NCBI GenBank assembly: GCA_947474365.1
Contig: CANJIU010000009.1
Coordinates: forward strand, 64,457-128,456
Length of the DNA: 64,000 nucleotides
Reading direction: 5' to 3'
DNA from: Opitutia bacterium
GTDB lineage: Bacteria; Verrucomicrobiota; Verrucomicrobiia; Opitutales; Opitutaceae
Shown here: positions 10,401 through 17,680 of the stretch, in pieces
How the letters are laid out: every line of letters starts with the position of its first letter
How positions within the stretch are numbered: position 1 is the stretch's first letter
Program-made: the position numbers and the translations under genes
Notes under the pieces: model-generated
What the model saw: the letters and a program-made list of their open reading frames with translations, nothing else
Told to the model about the DNA's origin: nothing
Databases searched by the model: none

Positions 10401-10533
10401 CGGTCAGCATCGAGGGCGGCCGCGCCCGTGGGCGCTCGGGTGGCACCGACTGCGCTCGCGCGGGCCAACCCGCGGCGGCGAGACATAGCCCCGCGAGGAC
10501 GCAATACTCCGGCAAGAAACCGCGGCGCGTCAT
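7441..10533 (-). CDS. PVC-type membrane-bound dehydrogenase domain protein fused to HEAT repeats and a cytochrome c (CxxCH) heme-binding domain
   Basis: 1030 aa. Signal peptide MTRRGFLPEYCVLAGLCLAAAGWPARA. N-terminal soluble quinoprotein/sorbosone-dehydrogenase-like beta-propeller region. HEAT-like helical repeats. CSACHQGHGGG cytochrome c motif near the C-terminus. The architecture matches the Pirellula/Verrucomicrobium-type heme-binding and membrane-bound dehydrogenase families. Confidence 0.8.
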   Translation of the reverse strand: MTRRGFLPEYCVLAGLCLAAAGWPARAQSVPPERPRARPPSMLTGTAQWEKGADLLSRIKVPPAPPLSPEEALRSFRVAPGYRVELVAAEPMVQNPIFFEFDPAGRIWVVEYQGYMRDIKGGGEGDPICRVVVLEDTDGDGRADKSTVFLDRLVMPRSLTFVKGGVLVQEPPKVWFCEDTDGDLRCDRRTEVGTMGVAGNPQHTANGLRYGIDNWLHSADSTKRHRWLEGKFIEEETVRHGQFGVTFDETGRFMTCHQNSALHADLIPAEYLVRNHNLARVVARGGRGSGGVSVNIATEAQEVFPIRVTPGITLGALELRDDARLQTYTIASGTCYYDGEQLGEEARGNVFVPEAGGNLIGRLRLSGGIRPNATRFYPAEQEFLASSDERFRPVNARVGPDGALYVADMYHGIIEHVIFMVPWISDQVRDRKLDTGRDMGRLYRVVRDDRPVERGRPRLDQAGSSELITHLGDATGWWRLTAQRLLVERRDPSAVPPLREQARRGSAPLGRLHALWALDGLGALDPATKFAAMGDGDDRVRAAAIRLSERGLAATEQSTLLAKLGAARRDRSESVRLQATLTASAMVLPESLPLLLALAIAGEDTLFDVAALSGREGRELEFLQALLRTFADQSTFGARQRRIASLAVHCVLEAGDAPRNDALIALLETAGRSAPWHHEALLEALTTFAPTGSRRVKPAPLTREPAVLLRLARGSDASLRQVAYRALEVFAWPGAVAETSADTGARVLSALERKRVEEGREIYTAICSACHQGHGGGAPNVAPSLAASEWVKGPVERVARIVMHGLYGPISVGGQTWNLSMPALGASGILDDDKMAAVISYVRRAWGNDAGVVEPQLIAGIRRETGGRTLPWTAGELTAVPGQKEGTGAGPAVVLRPIPSGEILLPAGKAVVYAQKLGYRQVFDVLAPWTVATDIAEWTVELESGGTFEVRVNLAADDDSAGDFFVVETEGSRTRGEVPSTGDYETFREQPSGRLVLRSGVNRIQLKPDGPLKRELADVRGIRLIPASAR

Positions 10534-10540
10534 AGCTCAC

Positions 10541-13513
10541 TCAAAACCGCGCCTGGATGCCGGTCGAAATCGAGCGGGGGAACAGATTCGTCTGCGCACG
10601 GCGGTCCGCGCGATAGAGGCCCAGATATCGGCCGCGGTTCTCCTCGAAGAGATTAATCACGTCCATGAAGACATTGAGGTTTCTCGAAATCTTGAAGCGG
10701 GTGAAGAAATCGAATTGCTGGCGCTGCCCGACAAACTCCGAACTTGAGGGATCCGCGACGTTGAGCGTGAAGAGATGCGTCGAGGAAAAGTTCCACATCA
10801 GGCGCAGATCCCAGCGGCCGTAATTGTAGCTCACGCCGGCGTTGCCGGAGCGCGGGCGCATCTGGGTGAGGTAGTTCTTGAACGGCAGGTTGGTGACGAC
10901 GCCGTTGTAGTCGCCGGCGCTCGTAAGCACGGTCCAGTTGCCGGTCACGCCGAGGCCGCGCAGCAGCCCAGGGAGAAAGCTCAATTGCTGCGCGTAATTG
11001 AACTCCAGGCCCTGCACCGTGCCGTCGCCGGCGTTGACGCGGGTGTTCCCGGTCCAGCCCGCGTACGGGCTCAGGTCGAGGCCGAACTCGTTCCCGACAA
11101 TCTTGAACGAAGTGGCGGTGACGTAGTTCTTGATCTCCTTGCGAAACGCGCCGAGCGACACGACACCCACGGGCTTGAAGTAATATTCCACGCTCAGGTC
11201 GTAGTTGCTCGAGATCTGCGGTTTCAGCGCCGGATTGGAAAACGTGACCGCCTGGCCGAGGTCGTTGACCGAGAAACGCCCCACCAGATCAGAGAGCCGC
11301 GGCCGGCCGATCGTCGTGGAATAGTTGGCGCGGAACGTGAGATGCGCGACCGGCTCGTAGCGAAACTGGAGGTTGGGGAAAAAGTAGCCCTCGTCCGCCT
11401 CGACGGTCTTGAAGGTGGAGAAGCGAGCCTCGGGCGCGGTCACGCGAGTGTTTTCAAAGTAGGAGGTGAGCCGCGCCTGCGTCAGTTCATAGCGCAGTCC
11501 GGCGGTCATCTGGAGATTTTGCAGCCAGCGCACTTCACTTTGCAGGTAGCCGGCAGGGATGGTTTCCCGGGTGCGATAGTCGTTCTGCAGCGAGTTCGTC
11601 ACTGAGGTGTCGAGGTTCGCCGTGGTGGCGGGAAAATACGGAGCGTTGTAGGCAAACTGCACGGCGGGTCGCGCCGGGTTGCCGGACGGCAGATAACGGA
11701 TACCCGAATCCTTGAAGATCGCCTTGGTGTTGATCAGGGGTGTCGCCGGGTAGTGCCCGTCGACCCAGCCGTAGGTAAAGCTGGCGTCGCGGTATTGCGG
11801 GTAGCTGCCGGCCCCAAAGGTGCCGGTGATGGAGTCGGCGTCCCGGTCGCGATCCTCCTGCCGGATGCGGAAGCCCGTCTTGAATTTCACGGGAAACTTC
11901 CATTGGGCGAAATCCTTCGTCACATCGAGCTTGGCGCTCTTGATTTTGTCACTCGCATCCTCGTGGGTCCCGGTGAGCGCAATCGACAGCATGTTCGTGA
12001 ACTGATCCGCCGGCGGAGGGACCGCGCCGCCAAACGTGAGCGTCGGAAACTCCTTGCTCGCGCGGCGGTCATACGTGAAGGAAAAGAAATTGTTGCTGCG
12101 GCCGGTCGCCGACATCCGGTCGAGCGGACGGAAGGAGTCGGAATACGACAGGTCCCACGCGATCTTCACGATGCCGAGGTTGTGTTTGCCGTTGAGCTGA
12201 AAGCCCCACGTGTCGCTCGGCGTGTAGCGGAAATCGCGCTGGGACCGGTAGCTCGCGCGGCTGAAGACCCAGTAGTCCGTGGTCGACTGGGCGGTGTCGA
12301 TGACGTTGTTGTCGGTGTACTGCGGGCGAACCTGCTCCATGACATTGCGGAAGCGGGTCCAGCCGGCGGCAAACGTGAGGGAGGAGTCGCCCGACAGGCG
12401 GTAATCGAGCTTGGTCTGCAGGTTGGCCCGCTTGTTCATGTGGTACTCCTGGTCGGCGTAGACCAGCTGGCGGCCCGCGGTGGGGCTCGTGTAATTCCAG
12501 TTGGTCGCGAAGGTCGTGCGGATCGTCTGCAACCCGTCACCGACCTCTTGATACGCGCCGGTGACCGACACGCCGAGCTTCCGCCCGAAGAGCAGGAACA
12601 CATCCGAATAATCGATCGAGAAATGAGGGAAGATCGTCTTCCCGCTGCCCGAGGGGTCAAGGTGCCGGCCCATCGTCTCGTTGTAGGCGGTGGCGGCGTT
12701 GAGGATGATGGTGCGCCCGGTGCGGTCGAAACCGCTTCGCGTGCGCAGATTGACCACCCCGCCGAGCGACTCCGCGTCCATGTCGGCCGTCGGGGTCTTG
12801 ATGACCTCGACGCTTTCGATGGAATTCGACGGGAGTCCGCTGACCACCTGGACGCGCGAGTCGGGATTGGCGGCGGCGAACCGCGTGCCGTCCATCGTGA
12901 CCGTCGTGAATTCAGGCGAGAGTCCGCGCACCATGATCGCGTCGACCGCGGAACCGCCGTACTCGCCGACGATGCCCGGCAGCCGCTGGAGGAAGGTGCC
13001 GAGGTCGCCCTTCGCGATGTTGCCGTAGGCGTCGGTCGAAATCGTGTTCCCCACCGTGAGCGCCTTTTCCTGCCGCGCGATCGCGGCCGCGTTGCCCTCG
13101 CGCACCGCGGTGACCGCAAACGACTCCATCTTGTAGACGTCGGAGGTGAGGTTGAAGTCCTGCACCGCCGTGGCACCGGAGCCAATCTCGACGACGCGCG
13201 TCATCGGATCGAGACCCGGGTAGACGACCCGCACGGTGAGCGATCCCGCGCCGAGCCCCCGGATCGCGAATGAGCCGTCGCGCTCCGTGGCTACACTGCG
13301 ACCGGCGCCCACGATTTCCACGCTGGCGTCCTCGAGCGACGCGCCGGTGGCCTGGTTGGAAACGCGGCCCTGCAGCACCGCGGTGCCCGCGGCCGCGGCG
13401 GTCGAAGCGCCCGAAGCCTTCGGTCCGGGCTCAGCCGCGGGAAGCAGCGAAGCGCCCAGCAGGGCGAAAAACAACGGCAGTACCAGGCGATGATGGGTCA
13501 GCGAAACGTTCAT
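10541..13513 (-). CDS. TonB-dependent receptor with N-terminal carboxypeptidase-regulatory-like domain
   Basis: 990 aa. Signal peptide. CarbopepD_reg-like N-terminus (VLQGRVSNQATGASLEDASVEIVGAGRSVATERDGSF). Plug and beta-barrel. C-terminal aromatic residue (…GIQARF). Its stop lies 8 bp upstream of the start of the next gene (7441..10533). Confidence 0.9.
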   Translation of the reverse strand: MNVSLTHHRLVLPLFFALLGASLLPAAEPGPKASGASTAAAAGTAVLQGRVSNQATGASLEDASVEIVGAGRSVATERDGSFAIRGLGAGSLTVRVVYPGLDPMTRVVEIGSGATAVQDFNLTSDVYKMESFAVTAVREGNAAAIARQEKALTVGNTISTDAYGNIAKGDLGTFLQRLPGIVGEYGGSAVDAIMVRGLSPEFTTVTMDGTRFAAANPDSRVQVVSGLPSNSIESVEVIKTPTADMDAESLGGVVNLRTRSGFDRTGRTIILNAATAYNETMGRHLDPSGSGKTIFPHFSIDYSDVFLLFGRKLGVSVTGAYQEVGDGLQTIRTTFATNWNYTSPTAGRQLVYADQEYHMNKRANLQTKLDYRLSGDSSLTFAAGWTRFRNVMEQVRPQYTDNNVIDTAQSTTDYWVFSRASYRSQRDFRYTPSDTWGFQLNGKHNLGIVKIAWDLSYSDSFRPLDRMSATGRSNNFFSFTYDRRASKEFPTLTFGGAVPPPADQFTNMLSIALTGTHEDASDKIKSAKLDVTKDFAQWKFPVKFKTGFRIRQEDRDRDADSITGTFGAGSYPQYRDASFTYGWVDGHYPATPLINTKAIFKDSGIRYLPSGNPARPAVQFAYNAPYFPATTANLDTSVTNSLQNDYRTRETIPAGYLQSEVRWLQNLQMTAGLRYELTQARLTSYFENTRVTAPEARFSTFKTVEADEGYFFPNLQFRYEPVAHLTFRANYSTTIGRPRLSDLVGRFSVNDLGQAVTFSNPALKPQISSNYDLSVEYYFKPVGVVSLGAFRKEIKNYVTATSFKIVGNEFGLDLSPYAGWTGNTRVNAGDGTVQGLEFNYAQQLSFLPGLLRGLGVTGNWTVLTSAGDYNGVVTNLPFKNYLTQMRPRSGNAGVSYNYGRWDLRLMWNFSSTHLFTLNVADPSSSEFVGQRQQFDFFTRFKISRNLNVFMDVINLFEENRGRYLGLYRADRRAQTNLFPRSISTGIQARF

Positions 13514-13736
13514 GACGAATGAGGGGTGGCGGAAATGACGAGTACGGAGATAGGATCAGATCTTCCGCCGCGGTACAATTCCGAGAAAATGTTTCCGGAG
13601 CGGCGGTGCCCGCGACCACCCGCCGCCTTGGACATCGTTCCACGCCAGGCGCGGAGCGATCGGCGGATGCGGCGGCCCGGGCAAGCGTCCGCGACATCAC
13701 GGCGACAGGGGCCGGGCTTTTTCTTCGAAACGGGCA

Positions 13737-13791
13737 TTGACAGCGACCGGATCCGAATTTCATAGATTATGTAATTACATAAACTATGAAA
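13737..13791 (+). promoter_or_regulatory. Divergent promoter/operator: TTGACA -35-like hexamer, then a 34-bp AT-rich near-perfect palindrome overlapping the TetR start codon
   Basis: TTGACA at 13737-13742. Palindrome tttcatagattatgtaattacataaactatgaaa (13758-13791). Arms are complementary at 16 of 17 positions around a perfect tatgtaa/ttacata core. It is very AT-rich in a ~67% GC background and sits between the divergent TBDR operon and the TetR gene. Confidence 0.6.
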
Positions 13792-14385
13792 CCAACGGCC
13801 GAGCGTCGGACGGAGAATCGGGAGGCAATCCTGGATGCGCTGGCCGAAATTGTCGTGGCCAAGGGAGGCCTCGATTTTTCGGTTCAGCAGGTCGCCGACC
13901 GCGCGGGCGTCACGCACCGCACCGTCTACAACCACTTTCCCACCCGCGAGGCCATGCGCGAGGCGCTTGCCGTGCACGTCGAAGAGCGGCTGAGCCGCAG
14001 CCATACCCCGCCGGATGCCGCGGGTATCACGCTGGACGGCCTGCCGCAGATCGCCGCCGATTCCTTCGCGATGTTCGAGACCAATTCTTCGCAGATTCGC
14101 GCCTACGTGGTGCTCATGCTCGCGAGCCGCGGTTTTGCCGGAGTGATGAAAAAGCGCTCCGCCGAAATCCGGAAGGCGATCGAATCGCACCCCGAGTTTG
14201 ACGCCCCGATCTCGCCCCACGCGGTCGCCTCGGCCGTGCGCATGTTTTTCTCGGCCACAGGCTGGCACCTCTTGACGGAGCTTTACGGCCTCTCACCGGC
14301 CGAGGCCTCCGCGACCGCCCGTTGGGCCGCTCAATCCATTCTCGACGCCGCCACGAAAAAAGGTCCGAGGCGCCGGAAAAAATAA
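13786..14385 (+). CDS. TetR/AcrR family transcriptional regulator
   Basis: N-terminal HTH (FSVQQVADRAGVTHRTVYNHFPTREAM). Length 199 aa. Confidence 0.85.
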   Translation: MKPTAERRTENREAILDALAEIVVAKGGLDFSVQQVADRAGVTHRTVYNHFPTREAMREALAVHVEERLSRSHTPPDAAGITLDGLPQIAADSFAMFETNSSQIRAYVVLMLASRGFAGVMKKRSAEIRKAIESHPEFDAPISPHAVASAVRMFFSATGWHLLTELYGLSPAEASATARWAAQSILDAATKKGPRRRKK

Positions 14386-14403
14386 CCATCCATCCCACTG
14401 CTC

Positions 14404-16788
14404 ATGCCCACGACCCTCCCCCACCCGACCGCAACGATCCTCCCACTCGACTCCACCTCCGATGCCGCCGTGTGCGGCCAAAAGGCAGCTACCCTCGCCC
14501 GGCTCAAAACCGCCGGCTTTCACATCCCGGACGGCTTTGTGATTCCCGTCGGCGCTGAACCTGACCTCGAACACCTGCGCACCGCGCTCAATCAGATCGG
14601 TGCGGCCGCCTGGGCCGTGCGCTCTTCGGGCGTCGCGGAGGATCTCGAGGGCGCTTCATTCGCCGGACAATACGAGAGCGTGCTCGGCGTGAAGACCGTC
14701 GAAGAAGTCGCAGCGGCCATCGCTCGCGTGCGGACGTCCGGCAAGGCCGCGCATGTCGCCTCCTACCGTGGCACGCGCGATGACAACGGCCCGGGCGGCG
14801 TGGCCGTATTGGTCCAACGCCTCGCGAATGCTCGCGTGGCGGGGATCGCGTTTTCCGCCAACCCGGTGACCGGCGACGACGAAGTCGTGATCGAAGCCGT
14901 GCGCGGACTCGGCGATCGTCTGGCGTCGGGCGAACGCGACGCCGATCGCTGGATCGACGGCAAGACGGTGCGGGCTGTCGCCGACACCGGCGTGCTCGAT
15001 ACGCTGACGGCACGGAAAATCGCCGATCTTGCCCGCAACGTGGCGGCCAAGCGCGGCGGTCCGCAGGACATCGAATGGGCGATCGAGGGCGACAAGCTCG
15101 TGCTGTTGCAGGCGCGACCGATCACCGGGCTGCCGCAGGCCCCGAAGATCGAAATTCCGCCGGGTCGCTGGATGAAGGACACCACGCACTGGTCGGCGCC
15201 AATGACCCCGGCGGGAGCGTCGATTCTGCTGCCCGCGATTGAGGCTGGCTTGGCGGAAGTGCTGCCCGAGTTTGGCTTCCCGCTCGAGCGGCTCGCGCTC
15301 CGAACGTTCGGCCATGAAGTCTACACGCAGGAGATCGAGGTCGGCGGAAAACACAACCCCGGCTCTCCCCCTCCATGGTGGGCGGGCGCAATTGCGTTTC
15401 GCCTCGTGCCGCCGCTGCGCCGGCTGGTCCAGAACGCCGCGAGCGCCCGGCAAAAATTTGAGAGCTACCCCCGGGCGTGGAGGGAATCCCGGCGAAACGA
15501 GTGGGACCAGAAGATTGTTGCTGAGAGCAAGGTCGTCCTCACCACGATGAACGATGACCAGGTGTTGGATCACCTGCGCCACCTCATCGACGACGTCGTG
15601 GTCGCCGGAGTATTGGTTCACTTCAAACTGATGGTGCCGGACATGGTCGCGGTGCACGAACTCGCCGAGTTCTGCGAACAAAAGCTCGGCTGGAAAACGG
15701 CGCAAACCCTTGAGTTGCTCGCCGGACTTTCGACAACCGTCACTCAGCCCGCCAACGAGCTGGCCGAAATCGCCGAGCGGGCGGGCGCACCGGCGGTCGC
15801 CCACGGACTGGACGCGATTCGCAAGACCAAGGCCGGTCCGCAACTCGACGCCTGGCTCGCCCGCTGGGGCCTCCGCGTGATCGATTGCGATCCGGGTTCA
15901 CCAACGATCGCGGAATTTCCGGCGCTGGTGCTCGGCCTGCTTCGTCAGCCGCGAATGTCGTCGGCCGCACAAGAAAAAACGCGCCAGGCGACCGTGGCCC
16001 GCGCCCGGGCTGGACTCGATGAAAGCAGTCGCGCGCAATTCGACACCGTGCTGCGTGTGGCCGAGCTCGTCCATCCCACGCGCGAGGAAAACGTCCTCTA
16101 CACGCAGAGCCTGCCGCTCGGGTTGGTGCGCCGCGTCTTGCTGGAAATCGGACGCCGGCTCGCCGCCACTGGACAGCTCCGCGCCGCGGAGGACGTGGTG
16201 TTTCTCGAAGTTTCCGAAATTCGCGACGCCATGAAACGAAAGCTCGCCGGCGAAACTGCCGCCGCGCGGGTGAGTCGTCGTCGCGCCGAGCGCGCCTGGG
16301 CGCGCGCCCATCCGGGTCCCGCCTACCACGGACCGGCTCCCGTCGCACCACCGTCCGCGCGCGGCCTGCCGGCTCCTCTCCAAAGAGTCATCAAGGCGTT
16401 TCTTTGGGACATGCGGCATGAGGAGACGGTGGCGCAGCCTCCAGAAGCGGACGGCACGCTGCTCGGTGTCGGCGCCTCACCCGGTCGCGTCACCGGACGC
16501 GTGCGGGTCATTCGTTATGAGTCGGAACTCGTCGATTTCCAGCGCGGCGAAATTCTGGTGTGCCCGAGCACGCATTCGAGTTGGTCGGTCGTCTTCGCGC
16601 AGGCGGCCGCCCTCGTGACGGATCACGGCGGCGCACTCTCCCACCCCTCGATCGTCGCGCGCGAATACGGCATTCCCGCCGTCGTCGGCTCCGGATGCGC
16701 CACGGCGAAACTGGTGACCGGCCAAACGATCACCGTCGACGGCACGACTGGCCGCGTGGAGCCAGGCCCACGGGGGTCACATCGTTAG
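14404..16788 (+). CDS. PEP-utilizing enzyme family protein (PPDK_N ATP-grasp plus C-terminal mobile His domain), with rifampin-phosphotransferase / PEP-synthase-like architecture
   Basis: 794 aa. N-terminal ATP-binding region. C-terminal phospho-histidine swivel domain (DHGGALSHPSIVAREYGIPAVVG). Lies immediately downstream of the TetR gene. Confidence 0.8.
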   Translation: MPTTLPHPTATILPLDSTSDAAVCGQKAATLARLKTAGFHIPDGFVIPVGAEPDLEHLRTALNQIGAAAWAVRSSGVAEDLEGASFAGQYESVLGVKTVEEVAAAIARVRTSGKAAHVASYRGTRDDNGPGGVAVLVQRLANARVAGIAFSANPVTGDDEVVIEAVRGLGDRLASGERDADRWIDGKTVRAVADTGVLDTLTARKIADLARNVAAKRGGPQDIEWAIEGDKLVLLQARPITGLPQAPKIEIPPGRWMKDTTHWSAPMTPAGASILLPAIEAGLAEVLPEFGFPLERLALRTFGHEVYTQEIEVGGKHNPGSPPPWWAGAIAFRLVPPLRRLVQNAASARQKFESYPRAWRESRRNEWDQKIVAESKVVLTTMNDDQVLDHLRHLIDDVVVAGVLVHFKLMVPDMVAVHELAEFCEQKLGWKTAQTLELLAGLSTTVTQPANELAEIAERAGAPAVAHGLDAIRKTKAGPQLDAWLARWGLRVIDCDPGSPTIAEFPALVLGLLRQPRMSSAAQEKTRQATVARARAGLDESSRAQFDTVLRVAELVHPTREENVLYTQSLPLGLVRRVLLEIGRRLAATGQLRAAEDVVFLEVSEIRDAMKRKLAGETAAARVSRRRAERAWARAHPGPAYHGPAPVAPPSARGLPAPLQRVIKAFLWDMRHEETVAQPPEADGTLLGVGASPGRVTGRVRVIRYESELVDFQRGEILVCPSTHSSWSVVFAQAAALVTDHGGALSHPSIVAREYGIPAVVGSGCATAKLVTGQTITVDGTTGRVEPGPRGSHR

Positions 16789-17149
16789 CTGCTAGTTTGC
16801 AACAAATAGACGCGGAACGTCCGCAAGCGGATGAGGCATGCCGATTGGAATATCGGGAAGCGGGTCCGCGGACGCCGGGAGCCGGAGTCTTGGATCCCGG
16901 CGAACATCAATCGGCATGACCGGTCCGCTGCCCCGCGCCTGGTTTCGACGACGTGGGCGTCGCCGCTCCAGCAGGGCGCAGCAGAAATAGGGAGTAAGTC
17001 CGAGAGGGACGCCGACGCTGCCGATGTCACTCACGAGGTCGCCCCCCTCACCCCATGAGGTTCAAGAAGTCGCCCGGGATGAAAATGAAGGACCGCTTTG
17101 GCGTAAACGAGGGCACCCCTTCTTACGACCGCAGACCGACCGAAATCGG

Positions 17150-17235
17150 ACGGGCGAGACCGCCCTGCCGGCTCCATGCTATGTCTATGCTATGTCCATG
17201 CTGCGTCCCTTTATGGCGATTTCCGGCGACCAGCC
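17150..17235. repeat. R2 copy 1, in the 890-bp non-coding region upstream of glnD
   Basis: See 27050-27135. Confidence 0.75.
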
Positions 17236-17680
17236 CGGCGATCCCGGAGCCGTTGCCGAGACCAGATGCCGTAAAACACTCCATGGGCATGGCTTAGGTC
17301 GCCGGCGGCGCCGCGAGGGCCCACCTGTGCTCCCCTATTTTTCTGACTGAAAGCAGGTTAGCGGGCGGCATCCGTTCCTCCAAAGGAAGCGATTCCAAGT
17401 GCCGCCAACGGCGAGCGGGCAACGCGATCACCCCGTGGGAGTCGAAAAGGTAAGGGACGACTCGCTCTTTGAGCGGTCCGGGCTGCTTGTCGTGCGGACG
17501 GACGATTTCGGACGCCCCGGAGGTGCGTCCCTACCATCCAGAACTCGTTTTCGATGCATTAAGAGGGGCGCCACGCCCCCGTTTGCCGGCGACCTACCGC
17601 CCCGCGGTTGCGGGATTCCCAACTTGGGCGTTGAATGTTCGACGTCCGCCGTTCGAAGTTGCACGTTCGTCGTCCCACCC

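Noticed and set aside
11753-13273. 506-aa plus-strand ORF
   Set aside because: Antisense to the TonB-dependent receptor. Arg-rich and without motifs.
14656-15843. 395-aa minus-strand ORF
   Set aside because: Antisense to the PEP-utilizing enzyme gene.
17480-17545. tmRNA/tRNA-like 3' end (atttcggacgccccggaggtgcgtccctacca resembles the tmRNA ...AUUUCGGACGCGGGUUC...CCA tail)
   Set aside because: There is no T-arm (GGTTCGAAxCC) or acceptor-stem complementarity, and I could find no tag-peptide reading frame. The sequence is a simple 6-bp hairpin, so the resemblance is superficial.
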